Of a DNA stretch of 64,000 nt, positions 10,566 to 24,836 are shown piece by piece; position 1 is the first letter of the stretch, and the number at the start of each line of letters is the position of its first letter. Made by a program: the position numbers and the translations under genes. The stretch is from Eledone cirrhosa (lineage: Eukaryota), in the NCBI GenBank assembly GCA_964016885.1, contig OZ024756.1, forward strand, positions 4,712,001 to 4,776,000, written 5' to 3'. The notes under the pieces are model-generated. The model worked only from the letters and a program-made list of their open reading frames with translations. It searched no databases and had not been told where the DNA came from.

Positions 10566-13500
10566 AGACGTGTGTAACTTCGCGGAGAAGTTTCCGTTAA
10601 TTTATGTAAGAAAAAAATGTGAGTTTTTAGTTAAATTTTATATCATTGTGTAACTTGACCCCCCGTCTGGACCCCAGGTGGTGGGTCAACTCATTTTCGC
10701 CCCTACAGGGGCGAAATATCCATTTGAAAAATGTTTTCTCCATCGAATCTTGGAAAAAATATTGTAAAAGTTTGATTACGTTATGAACGCTGCGTCCAAC
10801 AATAATGGTGGTGGAGAGGCGGTAAGACTACAAAGCTCGCAGTCAACAACGTCTTCATCACTAGATACTATAGAGATGGAAAGACGAAATGAAAATGTAA
10901 AAACGAATTCATATCCAAACAACACAAATGACACCAAACAGTTCAATGACAACAAAAATAACAGACTGAAAACAAAATACCTACAACAAAACGAAAGCAC
11001 ACACAAGAACTACAGACAAAAACAAACACAACACAAGAAAATTACACTTACACTTACATAAACACTGAAAACAAAACACTAATGGAGACCATCACGAACG
11101 ACCCTTCGGTGAAAACCGAAGGGAAAACTTTCGCCCACTCTATTAAAAATAGCAAAAAACTGAACCTAAAACTGATTAGGGTCCCTATACAAACTTATAG
11201 GTCCCTAAAAGAAACATTTGAGAAGGATGTGGGGAATTCCTGCGTGAAACCACTCAACCGCGTCCTTCTCAAATGTCTCCCCACCCCAGACACCCCCATC
11301 CCACCAGACCCCACCCCACCTAACATCTCTGTCCCCACCCCGCCGGAAACCACCACCCATCCAGACAACCCCTCCAACACTCCCATGGAAATCGTGCGGC
11401 CTAGTCCCCAGGAGACGAAGGGTGAGTGATCTCTTTTCCTCTTTTAACTTTTCAGCACCAACATGGCCAATATAAGAGTTGGATGTGTGAACGTACGCGG
11501 CCTGGGTAACGTCCCGCTCCTTGTTTTTAGTGGTGGACTGGAATGGAATCCTAGATGCACGTTGGGACTATGTGGGAGCATGTCCCGATAAAGGGGGGTG
11601 TAACAGCCTCAAACAGTTAATCGACCGATTTGACCTGGCCGATAGATATCGACTAGATTTTCCGACTGCGCCACTGTGGACGTGGAGTAATCGTAGCGGA
11701 ACATCTAGATCGTACCTAGATAGGGTTCTAGTTAGAAATAAGGATAGGGACATGTTAAGCTGTCCAGAAATGTTCATGGTTGCCTATTCAGATCACAAAC
11801 TAGTGACCTGCATGGCCAACCTTGATAGAACCCATAGACAAGGACCCGGCTACTGGAAGCTGAACTTGTCGTTACCGACAAGCAAAGCCTACAGTAGACG
11901 GATTAGCACTTTAGTTAAACAGCACTTGACAGGGGCCATTGTCAACAACAGATGGTGGTACTCTCTCAAGAAGGCAGTTAGATTAGACTCGATAGTTTTT
12001 AGTAAAGAATTAGCGTTAGATAGAAATAGAACCGAGAAGGAACTGGTAGATAAAGTATAAGAGGCAATTAGAAGTGGCAACGTAGCCAGCGTGCTAGCAA
12101 CGAGAACGTCCTTGGACCAGTTCTTCGACGCAAAGCACGAGGGCTGCGTTGTCAGAAGCAAAATACGTGCTCTGGGAAACGAGGGAGCCAAAGCTGTTAG
12201 CTGGGCCCGAGTGACGGAGGCAAAAATTGGCAGCAAGTCCACGATTCGGTCTTTGAAGGACCAAAACGGACGCGTGATACGTGAGCCGAAGCAGATGTGT
12301 GCGGCTTTTCAGCGGCACTTTGCTCAACTGTTCGGGAGGGGCGGCGCGCCGGGAGAGGCTATGGATTTCGGTCCATACCTCGACGGCCTACCGCGACTCT
12401 CGGACAGCGAGGTAAAGTTCTGCGAAAAGCCGATTTCAGCCGCTGAGATAGGGGACGCGCTGAGCCAATGCGGCAAACGCAAATCTCCAGGTCTCGACGG
12501 TCTACCCTACGAATTTTACGTAGCAATGCCGGACTTATTCTCCGGTCTCCTGGAAGCGGTCTACTGCAACTGGCAACAGAACGGGAGAATTCCCAGTTCT
12601 GTAACCGGGGGCGTGGTCACACTAATCAGGAAGGACGAGAATAAGGGGGATGACATAGGCAACTTCCGGCCCATAACTCTGCTAAACACAGAGTTACAGA
12701 TTTTGGCCAAGGTGTTGGCAAAGAGGCTGCCGCTTGTCGTCGAGAACCTGGTGGGAGAAGCGCAGACATGCGCAATCCCAACCAGGTCCATACACGACAA
12801 CCTCCACCTCATGCGATACATCATAGAGAGGGTAGGGTGTAAACCCGGCTTCGGTGGGGCCCTGATCAACTTGGATCAGTCTAAGACTTTCGATAGGGTT
12901 GACCATCGTTACCTGGATGCGGTGCTCGAGGCGGCAGGCTTCGGACTCGTGTTCAGGGGCTGGATTGCTGCAATGCACAACAGCAACATCTGCTCAAGGG
13001 TCAAGGTGAACGGCTACCTCTCGGAGCCGTTCCATATTACGCGATCCATTCGACAGGGATGCCCTCTTTCCTCCCTTCTGTACGTACTGACTCTCGAGCC
13101 ACTACTGCGGAAGCTGGAGCTATTGCAGAGCATCCCTCTGGAACCGGGACTGCGGAAAGCGACGTCGGCCTACGCCGACGACGTGACAGTAATGGTGTCG
13201 AACGCCTCGCAAATCGAGGAAGTCGGCACCTTACTGAAGGAATACGAAAGTTTCACAGGAGCGAAGCTGAACCGGGACAAGTCCATCGGTTTGCAACTCG
13301 GATCGTGGAGAGGCAAACCGATGCCTTCCGATGGCGTCGTCGGACGCTGGACGGAAGGACCGGTAAAGCTGCTCGGGGTCTAGTTTGGTCCGGACCTCCA
13401 GGAGGAGAAGAACTGGAACGAAGTCACGGCCAAGGTGTTTGCACTCACCCAGAAGTGGACCGAGTGCAAACTATCCTTGAAAGGTCGAGCAGAGGTGGCG

Positions 13501-14791
13501 AACACTTTCATAGCGTCCGCCATCTACTACCGCTTGACCGTCGTGCCTTGTCCAGCCAAAACGCTCGCCAAAATGGAGCGCGCGCTCTTCCGATTCCTTT
13601 GGAAGAGGCGGGCTCCTTTGGTGAGAAGATCCATCTGCCGCCAACACCCTTCTAACGGAGGGCTGGGGATGCCGTGGTTGACGATGCGCAAACACGCGCT
13701 CAGGCTGCGGCATCTCTACGTATTCCTCACCGGACAACCGGTGTGGGCCCCGTTCGTGAGGCGAGCCTTCCCACGACTCGTCTCGCTGACCGAGCTGCAG
13801 TCCTGGGTCAAGCAAAGACCGAGGAAAATGGGCGACTGGCACATCGAATGTGCTCAGGCGCTCACAGCCCTCTGGCAGGCGAACCCGGCGATCAGTGGAG
13901 ACTCCACTTCGTCATTCTATAGAGGGTTGGTCCGCAGCAAGTGCGACGACGCGCTCGGTGAAACTCTAGGCGTAGAGGAAGATGAACTGGCCAGTCTGTT
14001 CGGTAGGACCTTCCGCCCGGGACCGATGGACAACTTCCAAAAGTCCCTGGCCTGGCAGTGCTACCGAGGAGCTCTACCAGTTCGAGACAAGCTCTACAGA
14101 CATGGGCGCCCGGGCAGGGACCCTGCAAAAAAGATCTGTCTGAGGTGCGTGCGAGACGAAGAAACCGTCGCGCACGCATTCATACACTGCCCGGGCGTCA
14201 CTGACCTGTGGGGCTATGTAGAACGACTATTGTCGCTGGTGGGACCAATCCGGTTAACCACCGAGTCCATTGTCATGATCAAACCGCCACCCTCCTTCGA
14301 AAACGAAGGAGAGGCGGTTTTCCTTTGTGTGATAGCTATGGCGAAAGAGGTTGTATGGTGGACAAGGTTGAAAGGGCTGAGGTCAGACACCTTTCTCTCT
14401 GGCCAACAACTGATTCTTTTTTTCAAATACCACTTTGGAAGAAGAATCAGGATGGAGAGAGAGATGCTGTACCCCAGCAAGTTTTATGAAAGGTGGGTGA
14501 AAGTGGCGAGAATGGCCAGAGTGAATGGGCCTTCTCTCTATATCAGCCTGTAGGTTGAGGAAGAGGAGGAGGAGAGGAAGGAGTACAAACTCTTCGTACT
14601 CCTGGAGATGAGGGTTGCACATTTTTTCGGGGGTATGTGTTACCCATATAAACTGTCTCCCTCTATTGGGGAAAATCGACTAACTTTTTAAATTCCATTT
14701 GTGATAACATTTTACACGTTTTTATTGTATGTAAACTTCCCCCTTTGTATTTGTCCCCTTCTTTCGTGCCCCTGTGGCTAATAAAGAAACA

Positions 14792-14792
<1 letters not shown>
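10566..14792 (+). mobile_element. Tx1/L1-clade LINE copy 3, both ends present, defective
   Basis: 5' UTR resembles that of copy 4; ORF1 remnant 10783-11429; ORF2 ATG at 11463 (MANIRVGCVNVRGLG); deletion in APE; YLDR and YSDH motifs; stops at ~12060 and ~13383; ends AATAAAGAAACAT then (ATCT)n. Confidence 0.9.
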
Positions 14793-14824
<32 letters not shown>

Positions 14825-14934
14825 CTCTCTATATATATATATAGATAGATAGATATATTTCTCTCTCTCTCCCTCTCTTTCTCTCTCTCTATATGTGTGT
14901 CTGTGTGTAGCAGCAGTAGTAGTAGTAGTAGTAA

Positions 14935-14984
<50 letters not shown>

Positions 14985-15202
14985 TAGCAAACATTTGCTA
15001 AGCGATTGTGAATTGTTATCTTCAAAGGTTAGTTGATATGACCATTTTAGAAAGTCAAGAAGTATATTAGAAAGTGAGGTTTTTTTTACAAAATGAAAAA
15101 TAACCGATGTGTCCTACACGAGTGAAAGTATAAAGAAAAAAAGATGAAATCGAAAATGCAACTGGAGTCTTATTTTAAAAAAAATATATATATTTATTTG
15201 GT

Positions 15203-15243
15203 CCTTTTACCGGTTTCGCAGTTCTTCTGCTTTTCAAAAGTGG
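15203..15243 (-). ncRNA. minimal type I hammerhead, U3-A8 core variant
   Basis: Minus strand reads ccactt TTGAAAA gcag-aagaa-ctgc GAA ACCGGT A aaagg: clean stem II, palindromic stem III, weak stem I. Confidence 0.7.
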
Positions 15244-15474
15244 AGTTGAGATGGAGGGTCTGTGGTTTTTCTCACAGATGTGAGAAAAACCACAGACCCT
15301 CCTGCTCTAGTAACATTTTTTCTTCTGGAAAATCTGATCTTGCGGCCAGGCTAGGACTTTTTGGGTGGCATATCGGCAGTAACAATGACGATAAGCCGTC
15401 TGTGCTTTCGTGAAATAAATACGTTTGTTTATATTTTGTTTTTGTGTATGCAAAACTATCTGTACACGAATATA

Positions 15475-15511
<37 letters not shown>

Positions 15512-15675
15512 CAATATATTTAGAAACACACAGATACATGCGGACACACACATATACATGAATGCATCCACACCCAACCGTGAGTTAATGGTGCCAACCT
15601 TACCGATGTTGCTCAATGAATGACTGGGACAGACCAATCCGGTTGAATTAGACTGAACCAGTATCAGAGTTAAAA

Positions 15676-15789
15676 ATACATTATGAAGAGAGAAGAAACA
15701 TTTAGATATAATTGGTAATAAAATGTATCATACCTAGGTATGATACATTTTATTACCAATTATATCTAAATGTTTCTTCTCTCTTCATA

Positions 15790-15795
<6 letters not shown>
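15676..15795. repeat. perfect 120-bp palindrome
   Basis: 60-bp arms centred on CCT|AGG (15733-15738), no spacer. Confidence 0.9.
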
Positions 15796-15842
<47 letters not shown>

Positions 15843-15852
15843 TATATATATA

Positions 15853-15988
15853 GTTATGTAATAAACAACATAAGATAATTATTTCATTTACCGGTGGTTT
15901 CTTATGTTGTTTATTACATAATTAATAAGCTCTGTAACCTACATAGAGCACTCTTTTTTCCTGGACCTTTCCGACGGAACTACTTCAC
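15853..15988 (+). mobile_element. PLE 3' tail with fold-back at a half hammerhead
   Basis: ~22-bp inverted arms; minus strand shows GAAACcaccgGTA; tail matches 63607-63740 (-). Confidence 0.6.
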
Positions 15989-16075
<87 letters not shown>

Positions 16076-16509
16076 TAGCAGATTAAAGTTTAAGCAAAGA
16101 ATCGCTGCTTTCACCCCTAACGGGATCTTCTGAAACTAAAAAAATCAATCTATGAACGCAGAAGTAAATATTTCGAAAAACGTTGCAACCGAAAGAAAAC
16201 AAGAAAATGATACTTTGGTTCGTGAAGACGTTAGGAATGTCGTATAACCGGAAGTGATGACATTTGAACATTTTAAAGAAGTGAATATTTAAATAATGTC
16301 TTTCATCTTTTAACAAAATTCAGTAGACAAAAATACCCTCACTTTTTTACTTGGAAAAAGTTACATCTATGGTGCAAATGTGGTCCAGCCGTTTGGCGGA
16401 AAGTTTGTTACCTACATACGGCCGTTCGCTTTATAGTATAGATATGTGTGTGTGTTTGTGTCTGTAAACATATATATATATAAATATGTGTGTGGTGTGT
16501 GTTTGTCTG

Positions 16510-16568
<59 letters not shown>

Positions 16569-17284
16569 GGTGGGTGGGTGTATGTATGAGTGTGTGTGTG
16601 TAAACATATATATGTGTGTGTGTGTGTGTGTGTATGTGTGTGTAAGCCTATATATATATATATATGTGTGTGTATGTGTGTGTGTGCATGTGTGCGTGCG
16701 AGTGTGTGCTTGTGTGTGTGTGTGTGTGTGTGTGTGTCTGTGTGTGTGTGATTGTGTGTGCTTGTGTGTGTATAGGGATCAATAGACATAGGTGAGGTCA
16801 CCCGTGTTAAACAAGCTAGGTGACGTAACGGCGTTTAAGAATATTGGATCGAAATATCCCGATATTTGATCTACCAAGTAATTCCCCTTCCATGACCTTT
16901 AAGTCTTCTGACACATTACTAAGCTGCAATTAATGTCAGCAACGTGACTATCTAAAAGGTCAATGAAAGCAATTGAAAACTATTTAACTTTTATTATTCA
17001 ATAGTTTTCCTTAATCCGTCGATTAGAAGACAATTGAATAAATCTTTAGGACCAAGTATATAATGCAGTTGGCTGTCAATGGCTGATTCGAGTGTTTAAT
17101 TATTTCATATTTATTTCTTTGACTAATACATCTTACATCACCCATGGCTATTGGTTTATAGACGGGATAACTACTATTTCTAATGTTTGTAATATTCGGG
17201 GTTTTTTCCACTAAACTTTAACAGAGCTATGTTCATGGCCGAATACAAACTGAAAACCGCAAGGCAGTCACGGTTGAGATTTTA

Positions 17285-18790
<1,506 letters not shown>

Positions 18791-18819
18791 ATCAATGTTT
18801 ATCGTTGATTGACCAATGG

Positions 18820-18883
<64 letters not shown>

Positions 18884-19205
18884 ATCAAAGTTCTTTCATC
18901 ACACACCCGAGGGATCCTCAGTGGTACTATTATGTTTCCTCCCTTTGTATTGTAATGTCTACACCATTTTTATTTAATTAATTTATTTATTTGTTCTTGT
19001 CTCTGTCTCTGTTTGCGCATGCGTTTGTGTGTGTGTTTTCTGTTTCGTGTGTGTGTTCGTTTTTTGAGTCTATGTGTGTTTGTATTCTATCTTTGTTTAC
19101 CAGTGTGTGTTTATGTGTGTTTGTTGTTATTGTACTTGTGTATATATTTATTTATTTATTTATATTTCCCTTAGCTCAGTATTGTGTGTTTGGGTATGGT
19201 TGTAG

Positions 19206-19265
<60 letters not shown>

Positions 19266-19399
19266 CTGTGTGTCGGTGTGTCTGAGTGTGTGTCTGTGTG
19301 TGTGTGCGTGTATGCATAATATAGAACTGTCTTCTACAGGACTAGAACTATTTCATTCGCATGAAATCATGAATGTCCTGTAGAAGTTATTTCTATATT

Positions 19400-22300
19400 A
19401 AATAAATATTTGCGCTTCCCCTACTAGGTTCTCAACGATAAGCGCCAGCCTCGTTGCTAACACCTTGGCCAAAATCTTTAACTCTGTGTTGAGCAGAGTT
19501 ATGGGCCTGAAATTGCTTATCTCATTCCCCTTGTTCTCATCTTTCCTGATCAGCGTTACTACGCCTCTGCCTACAGAACTTGGAATCCTCCCGTTCTGCT
19601 GCCAGCTGCAGTAGACCGCTCCGAGGACGCCAGAGAACAAGTCTCGCTTGCCTATGTAAAACTCATGGGGTAGACCACCTAAACCGGATGATTTGCGTTT
19701 CCCGCCCGCTGTGATCTGCCTTTCGCAGCTCTCTGAATCCGTGCTCGAGAGTCGTGGTACGCCGTCGAGGTAGGAACTGAAGTCCATCACCTCGCTCGAC
19801 GTACCGCTTTGCCCGAACAGTTGTGCAAAATGCTGCTGGAAGGCCGTTCACATCTGCATGGATTCAAGTAGAATGCGCCCATCTTTGTCTTGCAAAGACC
19901 GAATTGTAGATTTGTTGCCACTTTTCGCCTCTGCCACTCGGACCCAGCTAACAGCTTTGGCTCCTTCTTTCTTAGAGCACGTGTTCTACTTCTGACAATA
20001 CAACCTTCGTGTTTCACGTTGAAGAACTGGTCTAGTGCCGTTCTCGCCGCTAGCAGGTCAGCTGTACTGCCATTCATAAGTGCCTCTTCTACTTTAGCTA
20101 CCAGTTTCTTTTCAGTTTTTTTTTATAAAGCTACTTCCTTGCTGAATGCTATCGATTCTATTCTAATTGCTCTCTTGAGAGAGTTCCACCACCTGTTGTT
20201 CATGATCGCCCTAGTCAACTGGCAATTAACTAAGGTGCTAATCCGTTTACTGTAGGCTTTACGCGCCGGGAGCGACATGTTTAGCTTCCAGTATCCGGGT
20301 CCCTGTCTATGTGTTCTATCAAGATTGACTATGCAGGTGACTAATTTGTGGTCTGAATAGGCAACCATGTGCATTTGTGGACAGCTTAATGTTTCCTTAT
20401 CATTCTGTCTAATTAAAAATCGATCTAAGTACGATCTAGAAGACCCAGTGCGGTTGCTCCACGTCAACAGTGGTGCACTTGGGAAGTCTAGTCGATATCT
20501 ATTAGCCAGTTGGAATTGGCTGATGAGATTTTGAGGCTATTACACCCTCCCCCCTATTATCACAAGCTCCTATATAGTCCTAACGTGCGTCTAAGATGCC
20601 ATTCCACTCCCCCGCTAACACTAAGGAGCGAGACATTCCCAGGAATGGCTCCAGACGCTAGAAGAACTCTGGTCGCGATGTCCCAGTCGGGGCATATACG
20701 GCCACCACTCTGAAAGCTCCATCTTCACTACCATTCACGTCCTGGACCACCAGGCTGCCCTCTGGGTCCAAATGAATCGTTTGTACTTTGAGATCCAAGT
20801 TTTTTCGAAACAGAACAGCAACTCCCCCTCCACCTCCTGGCTGACAGAGAGATGCGTAGATTTCAAAATTATCGAACATGGGGGTTAGCTGCTGCTTGTC
20901 GGGAATCCTGGACTCGGTGATGGCTATCACATCTATACAATGTGACCTGAGATTATTTAAAAGCTGGCCTTGTTTCCAGGACATGCCCAGGCCACGTACT
21001 TTCAAACATCCAACGTGTATAGTCGCCATATTGGTGAAGAAGAGTTAAGGAGAGAAAAGGAAGGAACACTTACCTTTTCGTTTCCTGGAGGTCGGTTTGT
21101 TCGATCTCCATGTCCAGATTGGGGTGTTTGGGGAGGGAGGGAATCCTTTTAGCAGGACACGGTTAAGGGTTTTTGGGCAAGGATGGGGGGAGGGGGGCAT
21201 AATGTGGGAAGTTCCCTTTTAAAGTTTCGTACTGTAGGGTTGTTACCCTGATAAGTTTGAGGTTTGGGGGTGGGTCGTTGGTGGGGAAGGCTTTCCCTTC
21301 CGTTTGTATTGTGGAGTCCTTTCGGACAGTTTCCACCAGTTCTTTGTTTCTTGTTTTTATGTGTGTAATGTGTTTTGATTTTTATGTGTACTGTTTCTGT
21401 TTGTAGTTTTCTTTTTGTGGTTGGGCTTTGTGACTGTGGTGGTGTGGGTGTTTGTTTTGTTGGTGGAATGTCTAGTTGTGTTGTTGGTGTGGTTGTCGTT
21501 TGTGGCGGTATGCTTATGTCAGTGTTGGGTGTCTGCGTGTTTTCAGTTGATGTTTTTGTTGTTGTTTTTTTCTGTGTCTTTTTTGCTTCTTGGATTTTTG
21601 GGGTTCCTCTTCATCCTCACTTGGAGATGTTGAGATTCCCGTGTCTGAGGTGTTATCATTGTGGGTAGCTGGGAGGGGTATGTTGTGTGGTGGTGGAGTG
21701 TTTGTGTGTGTGTTTGTGGGAGTGTTGGACAGAGGGGGAAGCGGTGGGACAGAGTCTTTCAGGGGAATTTTTGGCGTGGTGTCTTTTGTGGTTTGTGATG
21801 GTTGAGTGAATGCTGATGGTTTGGGGGTTGTGTTTTTTGTTTTCGGGTGTGTCTGTTGTAGTTTTGGGGTTGGCAACAACGCCTTCTTTTGTTTTTCCAC
21901 ATCCAGCATTGGGCAAAATGCTTTTAAATGTGTGTTTTTTCCACATTTGAAACATTGTGGTTTTTTGCCCTCCACTGCGATGAGGACAACATGGTTATCA
22001 TCCTCCGGCACCTTTTCCGGTATTTTTTCAATCCTCTCCGGTTTCATTTGAACCAAAAGCTCCATTGAGGTCCCGTTCCAGTTCTGTCGGATTGACTTTT
22101 TTACAGAGTGGAGGGTTGTCTTCACCCTCCTCCAAAAAACCACCCAGGATCCACCAAATGTTTGTGTTCAGTGGGATCTGGGAGATCCTTATTTTATGGG
22201 TTCTTCTTCCCATGTATGTTGGGAAGAAGATGTGTTGGCTCGTTCTAACTGGAGCCACCGAATATTTCTGGGCGAGGGCCTCGCTTTTAAAAAGCACCGA

Positions 22301-22722
22301 GATGCTCCCGTACTGCTTGGCCCTCTGGAGGTAAACAATGTCTGGAATTGCCTCCTTTAATGCGGTTTCCACCGTGCTATTGCTTAAAACCATAGGTTTC
22401 TTGGTTTGTGAGCAGATCGTCCTGAAGAAAAATGTTTTCCTTAAGGTCACGGCCCTAATTTCCGGTGGGGTACTTATTCGAAAGCCGTTACCTTCGAAAG
22501 TTATATGTTGCGCAGCGTCCTTTGGGTGCTCCGTTTGGTTTGACAGATTTATTTCTATAAACTCTGTTTCGCCTAAGGGTGTAGAATATTTTGAGAGACT
22601 GACCAGATCAAAATTTGACCTGGCAGCCCCTCTACAAATTGGTATAAAAATGAAGGCTCACAGTCAAGAATTTAAGCAGAACTTACCCAGTAAGTTTCAC
22701 GCGTGTGTCCATCCCATTATAG
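19400..22722 (-). mobile_element. Tx1/L1-clade LINE copy 4, 3'-truncated, frameshifted
   Basis: ORF1 pieces with zinc knuckle CFKCGKNTHLKAFC; APE from 21029 (MATIHVGCLKVRGLG, VYAP, YLDR, SDH); RT start. 5' end abuts (TCTA)n/(GCTA)n. Confidence 0.9.
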
Positions 22723-24132
22723 CTAGCTAGCTAGCTAGCTAGATAGATAGATAGATACTGGTTGTCTGCTCAATACAAAGCTTGATCACTTCGGTGTACA
22801 TGATGTTCCGTTCTGGCATGGGATCTTATGTGGCTTTTAAGACCGACCATACTTTTAAAAAGCCGCCCACGTGAATTTCATATTAGTTTTGGTGCAGTTT
22901 GGTCTTATGTGTGTCTGTGTGTGTCTGTGTGTGTGCGTGTATGTGCTTGTGTGTGTATTTGTGTGTGTTTGTGTGTGTGTGTATGTGTGTACAAGTGTAT
23001 GTGGCGAGGTATTTCTAGCAATGGGTTGTCTATCTAGAGCTTATTCATGATGCATAACGCCTCAGTAATCGAAGAAAACAGAATTACCTTCATTTTACTC
23101 AGTATTTGATGTGGTTTTCGGGGCCTTAGTGATGTTGGATACTTCGAGGTCACTATGATAGCTGAGCTGTGCTTTTGGTTCCCGTGTCGTACCCATACAC
23201 CCACGTCTCATTTCCAGTTATCATGGTATTTAGGTACGAAGGGTCGTTGTTGACATCATCCTCTGAAATGAGATTGGTAGTTCAGAAACTCACAAGCTGG
23301 TTACCTACTTGACAGCAACTGACGCACCCAGCCAGATCACCAAAAGATGCGCACGCACACGAATATATACTTCCCAACGCAGCACACTTTTGTCTCCCTA
23401 ATGTCATAAATTCCCCCAGGGGTGGGAAAAACGTCGGCTACTTTTTCGACCGACGTTATATACACACACGCGGATATATTACTTCTTTCGTTCCAGTAGT
23501 CTTGGAGACTCTGAAAAGAATTATGCACAGGTCTTTCACGAACATCGAGGCCGTGAAAAGTATAATGGCAATTACAACTTCCACGGCTAGAGAACTGTTA
23601 TGGGCATTACCCTTCTAGGAAATATCGAGTCCTGGAAAAATATAATCGGCACTGCCCTTCCACGGCTTAGAAAAGTGTTATGGTCACTACTTTTCCACGA
23701 AGGGCAGAGGGTTTGAAAATGGCCACGTTAACTGCCCTTCCATCAGGTCCCGAACCCATGAAACATGTTATACGTACTGCTCTTCCTCTTGACTGATAAA
23801 CAATATATACCCCACCATTGTGAATGAGTGTAGTTGATTTAACTGAGCTTGTACATTAATTATTTTATCTACACTGGAAGGATGAATGGCAATATAGATC
23901 CCTGAAAGTGAACACACGAAGGGACTAGAAGGAACGGGAAGGAAATACTACAAGGTATTTTATACGGTGGTCTATCACCTCTACCACCCATCGCCATCTG
24001 CTCCCTCACACCTGCAGTTACATAATGAAAGAAAGAGAAGATAAATCTGGTATTTCATGTCTAAGAGATTATCCGTTAAAACTAATGTTGATCCGTATTA
24101 GTCATCTATAATCTATTTCTTCTTTCAGCCAT

Positions 24133-24836
24133 CATCATCATCATCATTCGTCGACTACTGTCGAGATGATGGATCTCACCCTCATGCCCCAGAATTCCCT
24201 GTCCCCCATCGCCGCCCCCAGGTCCTGTCTACTGATTCCCGTATCCCTAGAGATAACGTCAGGGAATGACAGCTTCCTACTCCTAGCCAGGCTGGAGTCA
24301 GGGTTCCAGTTGCGAAATCCATCATCTTTTCAAATAGCTAAGTGTGTGGGCGCCACTACTACACACATGTGAAAGAATTTGACAGCCAAGTCTTGAAGAA
24401 GGTGCTTTCTCCTCCGTGTGGTGGGTTACCCGGCGCCAGATACCAACCTGGCATTTATACCCTCGCCCTAATTGTTCGTGTTGCAAGCACTAGAGTAGTC
24501 GCTAACCAAAGCTACGGACCCACTCTATCTGTCTGGAGATACGTTGTACTAGCTTACCAGCATACTAATAGCAGGAAGTTGACTTTTCCGGCACTGCAGC
24601 GCCTTTCGGCGGGCCGTGCTGGTTTTGGATAGCCATTGACTCTAAGAGCTCTTAAGAGCTCCCAGGAGTTCCTTTGCCCTTTGACAGGTTTTGTTTTTAG
24701 TCCTGCAGGATGTCCAAAGTCACCCTCCTCACCAAGAAATCTTGGTGGGGTTGCCAGTTTAGTCGCCAACGACCCGACCATGGGACAGGTTGTACTGGGA
24801 TACATGTTACCAGTAGCACCAACTGGTGACCTGACA
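24133..24836 (-). mobile_element. short internally deleted RTE/RTEX-like retroelement
   Basis: 11-bp TSD CTTTCAGCCAT at 24122-24132 and 24837-24847; (TGA)n tail; 3' part encodes WNPD..RSRKLSFPDVISRDTG..DLGAAMGDREFW, an RTE-type C-terminus. Confidence 0.8.

Larger units (their letters stand above)
15408..16442 (-). mobile_element. Helitron-like element interrupted by other inserts
   Basis: 15408-15480 and 16070-16185 match the family at 34630-35576; minus strand begins TCTATACTATAAAG at 16442. Confidence 0.5.

Noticed and set aside
5272-14553. Prokaryotic RT system (retron, DGR, group II intron)
   Set aside because: APE domain, zinc-knuckle ORF1, AATAAA ends and eukaryotic context identify non-LTR retrotransposons.
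5307-14622. Short antisense or alternate-frame ORFs repeated across Tx1 copies
   Set aside because: Shadows of the GC-rich RT frame; recurrence reflects copy identity.
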